DNA of 58,056 nucleotides from a virus (Duplodnaviria > Caudoviricetes), in IMG/VR virus record IMGVR_UViG_3300030906_000642, positions 1 to 58,056 of that record, one strand, 5' to 3'. Position numbers and translations under genes: made by a program. Shown one piece after another: positions 1 through 8,000 of this stretch. The notes beneath the pieces were generated by a model. The model was not told where the DNA came from. It worked only from the letters and a program-made list of their open reading frames with translations, and did not search any database. Every line of letters begins with the position of its first letter. Positions within the stretch are counted from its first letter, which is position 1.

Positions 1-975
1 ATGAAGACCAGGATCACGGAACTGTTCGGGATCAAACACCCGATCATCCAGGGCGGCATGCATTTCGTCGGCCTCGCCGAGCTGGCCGCCGCTGTATCCA
101 ACGCCGGCGGCCTGGGCTTGATCACCGCCCTGACCCAGCCGTCGCCGGAGCATCTCGCCGCCGAGATCGAGAAGGCGCGAGGCCTCACGGACAAGCCCTT
201 CGGGGTCAATCTCACCTTTTTACCTTCGGTGAGGTCGCCCGACTATCCCGGCTATGTCGCCGCCATCATCGCTGGCGGCGTGAAGATCGTGGAGACCGCG
301 GGCAACAATCCCGTGCAATGGCTCCCTGGCCTCAAGGCGGCCGGCGTCAAGGTCATCCACAAATGCACCTCGGTCCGGCATGCGCTGAAGGCCGAGGCGA
401 TCGGCGTGGACGCGCTCAGCATCGACGGCTTCGAGTGCGGCGGCCATCCGGGCGAAGACGACGTCCCCAACATGATCCTGCTCCCCCGCGCCGCCGACGA
501 ACTCAAGATCCCCTTCGTCGCGTCCGGTGGAATGGCGGACGGGCGCTCCCTGGTCGCGGCCTTGGCCATGGGCGCCGAGGGCGTCAATATGGGGACGCGC
601 TTCATCGCCACCCAGGAGGCGCCGGTTCACCCCAAGGTCAAAGCCGCCATTGTCGCGGCCAGTGAACTCGACACTCGCCTGGTGATGCGCCCGCTACGCA
701 ATACCGAGCGGGTGCTGACCAACGCCGGCGTGGAGCGCCTGCTCGAAAAGGAGAGGGCGCTGGGCCCGGGCGTCACCTTCCAGGACATCGCTCCGGAAGT
801 CAGCGGCGTCTATCCCCGGGTTATGCGGGACGGTGAGCTGGACGCGGGGGCGTGGAGCTGCGGCATGGTCGCCGGGCTCATTCACGACATCCCCACGGTC
901 CAGGTGCTCATCGATCGGATCATGGCCGAGGCCGAGGTGATCATTCGTCAGCGGCTATATGCCCTTCTCGATTAG
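1..975 (+). CDS. NAD(P)H-dependent flavin oxidoreductase, nitronate monooxygenase / FabK-like family (host)
   Basis: 324 aa; PIIQGGM, SNAGGLG, ECGGHPG, ASGGMADG and GVNMGTRF motifs typical of this FMN TIM-barrel family; lies outside the att repeat. Confidence 0.9.
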   Translation: MKTRITELFGIKHPIIQGGMHFVGLAELAAAVSNAGGLGLITALTQPSPEHLAAEIEKARGLTDKPFGVNLTFLPSVRSPDYPGYVAAIIAGGVKIVETAGNNPVQWLPGLKAAGVKVIHKCTSVRHALKAEAIGVDALSIDGFECGGHPGEDDVPNMILLPRAADELKIPFVASGGMADGRSLVAALAMGAEGVNMGTRFIATQEAPVHPKVKAAIVAASELDTRLVMRPLRNTERVLTNAGVERLLEKERALGPGVTFQDIAPEVSGVYPRVMRDGELDAGAWSCGMVAGLIHDIPTVQVLIDRIMAEAEVIIRQRLYALLD

Positions 976-1206
976 GGCATCGCCCCGAAGAGTCCTTGTT
1001 TAACCTACGTCGGCTGCCTGCTCCCGCGCGGAGTCGAGTCCGGGCCTGCCCCGACAGCGACAAAAATAGAACATCGCGGCGCTGGGCGTTTTTCGGAAAC
1101 GGTAGGACGATCCGGAAATTCTCGCAAAATCAATGGAAACCAAGAATCGGACGCCAAAACGCCAATCCCGCGCAAGAGCGGCGAACTATCCAATCTTTTC
1201 AAAGAT

Positions 1207-1258
1207 TAAGTTTGGAGGCCTGGCCGAGAATCGAACTCGGGTACACGGATTTGCAGTC
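1207..1258. repeat. Left attachment site (52-bp direct repeat containing the duplicated 3' part of tRNA-Cys)
   Basis: taagtttggaggcctggccgagaatcgaactcgggtacacggatttgcagtc is identical to 57254..57305; the two copies diverge immediately on both sides. Confidence 0.97.
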
Positions 1259-1315
1259 GGTGGGGTGGTTAGGGAATTCAAGGGGTTATCCGCGCGCGTC
1301 GCTGTGGCGTCGTTG

Positions 1316-2569
1316 TCAGGTTCCGGAGAGGATCAGGCGTTCACCATCGGCGGCCATCTCCTGGTCGCCGGCTTCGTCGGTCCAGAGGTGGCCGTAAAGG
1401 TCCATGGTCATGGCCAGGGTGGCGTGGCCCAGCTTCTCCTGAAGCTTCTTCGGGGTGACGCCGTTCTTGATCTGGATCGAGGCGTAGACGTGCCGCAGCA
1501 TGTGCGGGGCGAAGTCCACCTTCAGCACCTTCCGCCCGCGCTGGCCCGGTTCGGTGTCGGCCAAGCCGGCCCGCAACATGAGCGGATTCCAGCACTGGCG
1601 GCGGAAGTCGGAGTAGGACCACAGCGGCCCAAAGCGACCGCCGGCCGGCCCCGGAAACAGGCGCGGCGGGATGTTGTGGCCCTGGCCGCCCGACAGGTGA
1701 ACGATGCCGCGGGCGGCGCGCCAGGCGCGCACGGCCTTGGCGGTGGCGGGGCCGAGCGGGACGTCGCGCAGGCCGTCCTCGCTCTTTACGTCGCCCAGGG
1801 TGGTGTGCCGCGAGCAGAGCTTCTCGACGACGTGGAGAATGCCGCCGGCGTTGGAATTCGCGCCGATCGCGCGTTTCAGTTCGGCCGCCTCGTCCGCCGC
1901 GCCGAGCAGCTCGGAAATGCGGAAGCCGCCGAACATCAGCAGATGCACGAGGGCGGTGTCCCGTTCGGGATGGGGGCCTTCGCTGGCGGCTTGGACCAGC
2001 GCGGTCAGCTGCGGCATCGGCGCCACCTCGACCTTCTGGTCGGCGCGCCGGCGACGCTTCTGGACGATCTTGGCCGCCTTGACCGGGTCGCCCTTAAGCC
2101 AGCCGTTGCGGGCGCCGTGGGCGCACCAGGCCGAGAGGCTGCGGCGCACCCGCCGCGCGGTCTCGACCGACCCGGTGCGGGCGATGACCCGATCCAGGAA
2201 GGCCTGTATCCGCGGCGTGTCCAGGTCGCTCAGGACCGTCGTCGGCAGGGCGGAGAATCCATCCTCTTCGGTGGTGGCGTCGATCGCCAGATGACAGCGC
2301 AGATGGGTGTCGTAGCCATCGGCCGTTCGCCGGTCGCGCTCGCCGGCGGCGACGATGGCGTCGAACCAGCGGTTATGGCTCTTGGCGAGGGCGAGCACCG
2401 TCATGTCGGCCGAGCCCGATGCGCCGACGCCATCGTGCTTCTTCACCCAGGCGTCCGCCTCGCGCTTGGTGGGATGGTTCCTGGACTTCCGCTTGCCCGA
2501 CAGCGTCTTGACCGTCGCCTGCCACGCCAGCTTGCCGGAGGAGTGGACGATCTTGCGGACGTTGGCCAT
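1316..2569 (-). CDS. int: Tyrosine recombinase (phage integrase)
   Basis: GFRISE (catalytic R), HMLRHVYAS (HxxR), LGH and DLYGH (catalytic Y); adjacent to the att site. Confidence 0.95.
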   Translation of the reverse strand: MANVRKIVHSSGKLAWQATVKTLSGKRKSRNHPTKREADAWVKKHDGVGASGSADMTVLALAKSHNRWFDAIVAAGERDRRTADGYDTHLRCHLAIDATTEEDGFSALPTTVLSDLDTPRIQAFLDRVIARTGSVETARRVRRSLSAWCAHGARNGWLKGDPVKAAKIVQKRRRRADQKVEVAPMPQLTALVQAASEGPHPERDTALVHLLMFGGFRISELLGAADEAAELKRAIGANSNAGGILHVVEKLCSRHTTLGDVKSEDGLRDVPLGPATAKAVRAWRAARGIVHLSGGQGHNIPPRLFPGPAGGRFGPLWSYSDFRRQCWNPLMLRAGLADTEPGQRGRKVLKVDFAPHMLRHVYASIQIKNGVTPKKLQEKLGHATLAMTMDLYGHLWTDEAGDQEMAADGERLILSGT

Positions 2570-2581
2570 GGGCGCTCCGGA

Positions 2582-2749
2582 TCAGGCAGTCTTCTTTGCC
2601 ATGAGCGCCGCTATCTGGCGATAGACTTCCATGAGGAACGGCGCGGGCGGCCGATCGCTGATCGGACCGTTTCCGATGCTCGGACCCCATAGCGCGGCTA
2701 CACCGCGCTGCGCGGTTTTGAGGTAGCTAGCGACCGCTATATCAGCCAT
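2582..2749 (-). CDS. Small hypothetical phage protein
   Basis: 55-aa ORF (MADIAVASYL...) overlapping the end of the excisionase-like gene and filling the gap to int. Confidence 0.35.
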   Translation of the reverse strand: MADIAVASYLKTAQRGVAALWGPSIGNGPISDRPPAPFLMEVYRQIAALMAKKTA

Positions 2750-2963
2750 AGCGCTGCGCTTCCTTCGCCTGCGGCAGTGTCTCGGGCGCGTGCATCCAGG
2801 CGTCCAGCTCCGACCGGAAGGCATAGACGCCGAGCCCCAGGCGCTTGCGGATCGGGACATCCCAGCCCTCCTCGCGCGCCTGATAGACCCAGCGGACCTT
2901 CTTGCCGAGATAGGTCGCGATGGCGTCCGCGCCGTCAAGGCGATCGTTGGCGAGGTCAGTCAT
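2742..2963 (-). CDS. Excisionase-like winged-helix DNA-binding protein
   Basis: 73 aa, LDGADAIATYLG..VRWVY...RSELDAWM pattern of AlpA/Xis-type HTH; upstream of the integrase. Confidence 0.75.
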   Translation of the reverse strand: MTDLANDRLDGADAIATYLGKKVRWVYQAREEGWDVPIRKRLGLGVYAFRSELDAWMHAPETLPQAKEAQRYG

Positions 2964-3310
2964 GGCGGGCTCAGACCCGCTGCGAGGGCGAGCGCGTCGC
3001 AGAGACGGTTGCGAAGCGTGCGCTGATCCTCGGCGTCCAGATAAACAACCTCAACGCCGAGGATTCCCCCAAACGGCTCGGGGAATACGGCGCCTGCCAG
3101 CGCCGGCGCGTTCGCTGCGTTCAGCGCCCGCAGTCGCGCGACATCGGCCGGGTGGACCAGATACCAATCGACGTCTTCATGGATGACCGGAATGGCGCGG
3201 TCGGGGAGGAAGACGAAGGAGACGCCAAACCGCATCCGGCGAGGCGCGGGCGGGAGCCGCCTGACCATGTCGATGAAGGCTTGGGCGTCCAAGGTGTTTG
3301 CGGCCATCAT
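2960..3310 (-). CDS. Hypothetical phage protein
   Basis: 4-bp start/stop overlaps with both neighbours in the leftward operon. Confidence 0.55.
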   Translation of the reverse strand: MMAANTLDAQAFIDMVRRLPPAPRRMRFGVSFVFLPDRAIPVIHEDVDWYLVHPADVARLRALNAANAPALAGAVFPEPFGGILGVEVVYLDAEDQRTLRNRLCDALALAAGLSPP

Positions 3311-3921
3311 CCGGCCTCGCTGTCGTCGCCCAGGCGACCCAGATGATAGCGTTGTGCGGCCGCCAGCTGCTGCGAGATTCGATCTGGGGTGTAGTCGCCA
3401 GCGCGGACGAGAATGGCCAGGCGACCCTTACCGTCCGTTCGTGTGGCTGCCGGTCCATCTGACGCGTCGAGCGAGGCTGCATTCACCCACATCTCGCCGG
3501 CTTCGATCTCGGCCGGGGACGCGCCCACGCATTGGGCATGGATGTCGCCGCAATCGACATCGGACACCACGGGCTGGCCATCCAGGAGCGGCTTACCGCA
3601 GCTCTCGCAGTATTCGTGATAGTCGCCGGCCAGGGCGTCCCGCAGGGCTGTGGACTGGGGAAGGATGGTCGACACAAGAATTCGCGCCTCCTCGTCTGTG
3701 TCCCCTTTCCGCGCGGCCGCCTCGGCCATCATGACGGCCGTCGAGAGGGTCGCGGCGGCGTTGGCGCGCCAGAAATGGACCTCCTCCCGCAGCTGGGCCA
3801 GTTCGTCTATCAGCGCGGTCCAGTATCTCCGCGCGGCGGCGTGGAAGATGAAGGCGGAGACGTCCTCGAGGGCGCGCAGCTCGTCGATCGGCGGCAGGAT
3901 GGGTGGGGTCTGCGCGCCCAT
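3307..3921 (-). CDS. Hypothetical phage protein with CxxC...CxxxHxxC zinc-binding motif
   Basis: CESCGK...DCGDIHAQC; coupled to both neighbours. Confidence 0.6.
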   Translation of the reverse strand: MGAQTPPILPPIDELRALEDVSAFIFHAAARRYWTALIDELAQLREEVHFWRANAAATLSTAVMMAEAAARKGDTDEEARILVSTILPQSTALRDALAGDYHEYCESCGKPLLDGQPVVSDVDCGDIHAQCVGASPAEIEAGEMWVNAASLDASDGPAATRTDGKGRLAILVRAGDYTPDRISQQLAAAQRYHLGRLGDDSEAG

Positions 3922-4415
3922 CACGCCCACCCGATGTAGCGGCAGGCCGACAGGTGATCGACCACGGGGCCAAGGCGGCTCCCCAGGTCATCCGGCGGCG
4001 TCCAGTTGAAGAGACCCTGGCGACCGGCTGCTGGCACGGGCCTAAGGAGTGGGCGCAGGTTGTCGACGCGCAACGCAAAACGCTCCTCGGCAAAATTGCC
4101 CGCCGCCCTGTCGGCTTGGGTAAGCGAAGAGGACAGGCGTTTTGCACCGACGCATGCGGTGAGTTCGCCGATGGCGAGCACCATGCCGACGGGCACCAGC
4201 CGCCGCCAGTTCTTGCCAAGGGCCGCCGCGCAGAGCGCTTCCGGCGCGCCGACAACGTCGAGGGTGAGGCCGGCATGGATGGCGATGGGGCCGCGATAAG
4301 GTGTCGCCCAATCACGAACGTCGTGGCGCTTGACGCCGGCGGCGAATAGCGAGGCCCAGGGCTGCCAAAGGGTCAGCGCCTTGAAGGTGGTGGTCTGTGC
4401 AAAGAGGTCGGTCAT
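3921..4415 (-). CDS. ASCH-domain (PUA-like) protein
   Basis: KALTLWQPWASLFAAGVKRHDVRDWATPYRGPIAIHAG and GRQGLFNW are ASCH signatures. Confidence 0.85.
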   Translation of the reverse strand: MTDLFAQTTTFKALTLWQPWASLFAAGVKRHDVRDWATPYRGPIAIHAGLTLDVVGAPEALCAAALGKNWRRLVPVGMVLAIGELTACVGAKRLSSSLTQADRAAGNFAEERFALRVDNLRPLLRPVPAAGRQGLFNWTPPDDLGSRLGPVVDHLSACRYIGWA

Positions 4416-4496
4416 GGGTGATCCGAAATGATCTGATGGGGAAGGGCCGCCGGTGAGCGAGGCCGAAGGCCACGAGCCCACCGGCGGCCCTTGGGC

Positions 4497-5324
4497 TCAG
4501 GCGGCAAGTTCGGCGTCGATGACTTCCAGCAGCAGGTCGAACGACCGGGCGTAGCTGGTGCGGCGAGCCACCTCCGCCGCCGCCTCCGCCACCGCCACCT
4601 CCGCCGCCGCCACCGCCTCCGCCGCCGCCGCCACCGCCTCCGCCACCGCCACCACCGCCACCGCCACCGCCTCCGCCGCCTCCGCCTCCGCCGCCACCGC
4701 CACCGCCACCGCCACCGCCGCCGCCTCCGCCGCCACCGCCGCCGCCTCCGCGCGCCGCCGGCGCGCGGCGTAGTAGTTGCTCCAGGCCTGATCTCTCAGA
4801 ACACGCGCCTGGTCGCGGATCGGAACGTAGGCCTTCCAGTGTGTCGAGGGGTCGAGCAGCAGGGTCAGCAACTGGTCGGAAAGGCCCTTCAGTTCGGGCC
4901 AAAAATCGGGCGTATGATCGCCCAGCTTGGCCTGAGCTTCGTCAATCGCGCCGGTGAATACCCGGGTGATGAAGGTGCGCCGCACACGCTCCCAGGCGGC
5001 GGCGTCGAACACCGACCAGCGATGCAGCCGCTGTGCATAAGCCTCGCCATAGTGAAAGATGCGCTCCTCGGGAACGCCGTCGAACAGGCGCACGGTGAGA
5101 CGCGCCAGCCATTCCGGCATCAGCCGCGCGGGGCAGTCGGACGGGCTGTCGATCGACGGATGGATCGAGCCCAGCAAGCAGGCGATCTCGACGCCAACGC
5201 CGTCGTCGCCGCCCCGGCGCCCGTGCCACTGACCCTGGGTCAGGCGGCGTTCGCGCACGTGGGTCATGATGTTCTCGGCCGCCACGTCGTTGGTGATGGC
5301 GTCTAGCGTCAAGGCTTCAGGCAT
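4497..5324 (-). CDS. Hypothetical phage protein with a 61-residue Ala/Glu/Val low-complexity tract
   Basis: Globular N-terminal part (CLLGSIH...MPEWLARL..LFDG); start MPEALT overlaps the upstream gene. Confidence 0.7.
   Translation of the reverse strand: MPEALTLDAITNDVAAENIMTHVRERRLTQGQWHGRRGGDDGVGVEIACLLGSIHPSIDSPSDCPARLMPEWLARLTVRLFDGVPEERIFHYGEAYAQRLHRWSVFDAAAWERVRRTFITRVFTGAIDEAQAKLGDHTPDFWPELKGLSDQLLTLLLDPSTHWKAYVPIRDQARVLRDQAWSNYYAARRRRAEAAAVAAEAAAVAVAVAVAAEAEAAEAVAVAVVAVAEAVAAAAEAVAAAEVAVAEAAAEVARRTSYARSFDLLLEVIDAELAA
4569..4751 (-). repeat. Aperiodic (GNG)61 trinucleotide tract
   Basis: 61 consecutive codons that are only GCG, GAG or GTG on the minus strand. Confidence 0.95.
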
Positions 5325-5556
5325 CTTCAGTCTCCGGTTCTCTGGCCCCCAACGGGCCGGAATGGGTGAATTGGTCGCAGCGCGCGGGTAGGCGCTCGGC
5401 GAGGCAGGCCTCCGCCTGGTCTGCGAAGTAGCGGCTCCGGCCGGGGTTGCCCGGCCGGCCATGGCGGGGCAGCAGAGCTTCTGCTTGCACCGTCCATCGG
5501 CGGGCGCTGTTGAGTTCGGTCTGCGCCCAGGCGAGGTGTTCGTAGCGGGTGCTCAT
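5317..5556 (-). CDS. Small hypothetical phage protein
   Basis: MSTRYEHL...; ATGA overlap with the methyltransferase stop. Confidence 0.5.
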   Translation of the reverse strand: MSTRYEHLAWAQTELNSARRWTVQAEALLPRHGRPGNPGRSRYFADQAEACLAERLPARCDQFTHSGPLGAREPETEDA

Positions 5557-7667
5557 GCGGCCTCCGCGATGGTGATCACGGCCGGCCGGGGCTTGCGGCG
5601 GCGGCGCGGGACGGCATCGGCGAAGATCTCTTTGCACTCGGCCTTGATCATCTCGCCGGCGACGGCGTTGCCGATCTGCTTGACCTGCTCGGTCTTTGTG
5701 CCGGCGAAGATGTAGGGCCGCTCCCGCGTGCCCAGACCCATGGCCGCCGCCAGTTCGTGCGGCTCCAGCATGCGAAACAGGATGTCGTAGCGGACGCCGT
5801 CGACCAGGATGCCCTGGACGAGATCGACGTGGCCGGTGGCGGCGATCACCGGCGTGGGATTGTCGAGGTCGTGGGTGCGCGGCGCCTGTCCTGGCCGCTC
5901 GCCATGCTGGGCGGTGATGAAGGCCAGCTCGCCGCGGTTGGCGCCGGTGATGGTCGGCAGGGGTTGGCCGACATCCTGGACGCGGTCGGAGGCGTCGTGG
6001 TGCGTCACCGGCATGACGATGGCGAACTCGCCGCCCTTGGCCGTGGTCATGGTCGGGAGCGGTTCGGCGACGTCCCGCGCCTGGTTGGCGCCCTGGCTGT
6101 GCGTCACCGGCACCACCATGCCGAAGCGTCCCTTGGTGGTGATCGGCGGCAGGGGCTGTTCGGTCGTGTAGACGGGCGGCGCCGCGCCAGACTGTTCCTG
6201 CCAGCCGTTGCTATAGTAGGGCGTGATCAGGGCGTGGGCGCCGCCCGTGGGAATGGTCGGCAACGGCTCGCCGATCTCACGCGGCGCGCCGCCGGACGCC
6301 TGGGAGAGGATGAAAGGCTCGACAATCCCGAACGCGCCGCCCCCCGCGTGGATCGCGCCCAGCGGATCGTCGATGCTGAAGGTCCGCCGCTGATCAGCCG
6401 TACGGTCGCCCGGGGAATTGCCGTGGGCAAGGTTGGCGATGAACGGCTCGATCAGCATCGGGCGGGCGCAGCCTGGGTGATCGCCCGCGCCCGCACCGCC
6501 GGTCATGATGGTGGGCAGGGGCTCCTCGACCGATCGGGCCGCCCCGCTGCTGTGCTGCGACAGGATGATCGGCTCGGCCACGGCGATCCCGCCATCCGTG
6601 GTGATGGTCATCAAAGGATCCTGCGCGCCACGGGCGCCGGGGGATTTGCGGCCATGCATGTTGGTGCGGACGATCACCGCCTCGGCCGTCGCCAGATGCC
6701 CCGCGTGGGCCGTCTGGGTGGGCAGGGGTTCGTCAGCGCCGGAGGCGGTAGACCGACCCTTCATGTTGACGATCACCGGCTCGGCGAGGCCGATGTGGAA
6801 GCCTTGGGCGGCGATGGTTGGGATCGGCACATCCAGGCCCTGGCTGGCCATGTGGTTGCGCAGGATGACCAGGAAGGGGCGCGGCCAGCCGTGCTTGATC
6901 GCGCCCGCCCAGATGCGCGCCAAGGTCTTGGGGGCGAGGTCCTTCTTGCGGTTGAAGATGGACCGGCCCCGGATGTTCCAGTCGATGATCTCCCGCGCCG
7001 GCCGCCAGGGCTGCAGCGACGGGACAAGCGCCACGCCATCGGCCGGGCGTTTGGCGTGGGTCAGCGGCGCCCAGCCGACCTGGCGGCGGTAGCTGTAGCC
7101 CTTCATGATGAAGCGGGAGCGGGTGGTGGCGTCGCCGTAGTTGGCGGCGTTGAGCTTGCGCCAGTCGAGGTCCTCGAAGCCGATCCGGCGCACCGTGTCG
7201 ATCCAGGCGTTGAAGTACTCGCCCTCGCGGTCCTTGATCGGCTTCATGGTCACCGGATCGACCGGCCCCCATTTGATGAATTCCCAGACGTTCTCGATGA
7301 TGATCCGCTTGACCCTAAGCTCGGTCAGCCAGGTGATGATGTGCCAGGGATCGCTGCGCTGTTGGTCGCTGGTGGGCTTGCCGCCGCGCGCCACCGAATG
7401 GTGGGTGCAGGTGGGCGAGGCCATCAGCAGGTCAAGGTAGCCCTCGGGCACGAGGATGTGCGGCCGGACGGTGGAGATGTCCTGGACGTAGTGGCGCGCC
7501 TTGGGGTGGTTCAGGCTGTGGGTGGCGATCGCCGTGGGCCAGTGATTGACCGCGACCAGCTCCATCTCCAGGCCCAGCTCATCGCAGGCGCGCTGGCAGC
7601 CGGTGGAGGAGCCGCCGGCGCCGCAGAGCAGGTCGGCGACAAGGACTTTGCGGCGCGGGCGGATCAT
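5553..7667 (-). CDS. C5 cytosine DNA methyltransferase with repeat-expanded variable region
   Basis: Motif I DLLCGAGG, motif IV SPTC, motif VI ENV, motif X QIGNAV; repeated PLPTIT units between motifs VIII and IX. Confidence 0.92.
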   Translation of the reverse strand: MIRPRRKVLVADLLCGAGGSSTGCQRACDELGLEMELVAVNHWPTAIATHSLNHPKARHYVQDISTVRPHILVPEGYLDLLMASPTCTHHSVARGGKPTSDQQRSDPWHIITWLTELRVKRIIIENVWEFIKWGPVDPVTMKPIKDREGEYFNAWIDTVRRIGFEDLDWRKLNAANYGDATTRSRFIMKGYSYRRQVGWAPLTHAKRPADGVALVPSLQPWRPAREIIDWNIRGRSIFNRKKDLAPKTLARIWAGAIKHGWPRPFLVILRNHMASQGLDVPIPTIAAQGFHIGLAEPVIVNMKGRSTASGADEPLPTQTAHAGHLATAEAVIVRTNMHGRKSPGARGAQDPLMTITTDGGIAVAEPIILSQHSSGAARSVEEPLPTIMTGGAGAGDHPGCARPMLIEPFIANLAHGNSPGDRTADQRRTFSIDDPLGAIHAGGGAFGIVEPFILSQASGGAPREIGEPLPTIPTGGAHALITPYYSNGWQEQSGAAPPVYTTEQPLPPITTKGRFGMVVPVTHSQGANQARDVAEPLPTMTTAKGGEFAIVMPVTHHDASDRVQDVGQPLPTITGANRGELAFITAQHGERPGQAPRTHDLDNPTPVIAATGHVDLVQGILVDGVRYDILFRMLEPHELAAAMGLGTRERPYIFAGTKTEQVKQIGNAVAGEMIKAECKEIFADAVPRRRRKPRPAVITIAEAA

Positions 7668-7996
7668 GGGTGCGCCGCGAAGTGGTGGGCAAAGGCGGCC
7701 GTCAACAGCGTGATGGTCGGAAGGAGAAAGGATAGGCGGTAGGCAGACCAATAGTCAGAGATCGACCAGCGCTCTTTGTTGTACCCGCGGCCCTTGAAAC
7801 AGCTGATCAGGCACATGATCCCGATCGCCAAAGGGACGGTCAGTCGCAGCGGGGTGACCGGCCATGCAAACCAGTTCCAAATCACCGTCAGCACGTAGCC
7901 ATCCAAGACCGTCCGAACAGGAGCGATGATCAAGCCAGCGAGGATGACCCACCCGTTTGGGGGCGGCTCACGCGAGGCTGTCGAGGCGTCGGTCAT
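7664..7996 (-). CDS. Small multi-pass membrane protein
   Basis: 110 aa with about three hydrophobic segments; ATGA-coupled to the MTase. Confidence 0.6.
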   Translation of the reverse strand: MTDASTASREPPPNGWVILAGLIIAPVRTVLDGYVLTVIWNWFAWPVTPLRLTVPLAIGIMCLISCFKGRGYNKERWSISDYWSAYRLSFLLPTITLLTAAFAHHFAAHP

Positions 7997-8000
7997 GGGT

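Noticed and set aside
1058-1072. Possible LexA box CGAC-N7-GAAC in the host flank
   Set aside because: The first half-site is degenerate and there is no credible downstream gene.
1213-1258. Second tRNA-Cys gene
   Set aside because: Only the 3' portion up to the anticodon arm is present; it is the att duplication.
4312-4902. ORF with a poly-glycine run of about 60 residues (and the poly-Arg/His and Ala/Thr frames)
   Set aside because: These are alternative readings of the GNG tract; the Ala/Glu/Val frame belongs to the ORF that fits the coupled operon.
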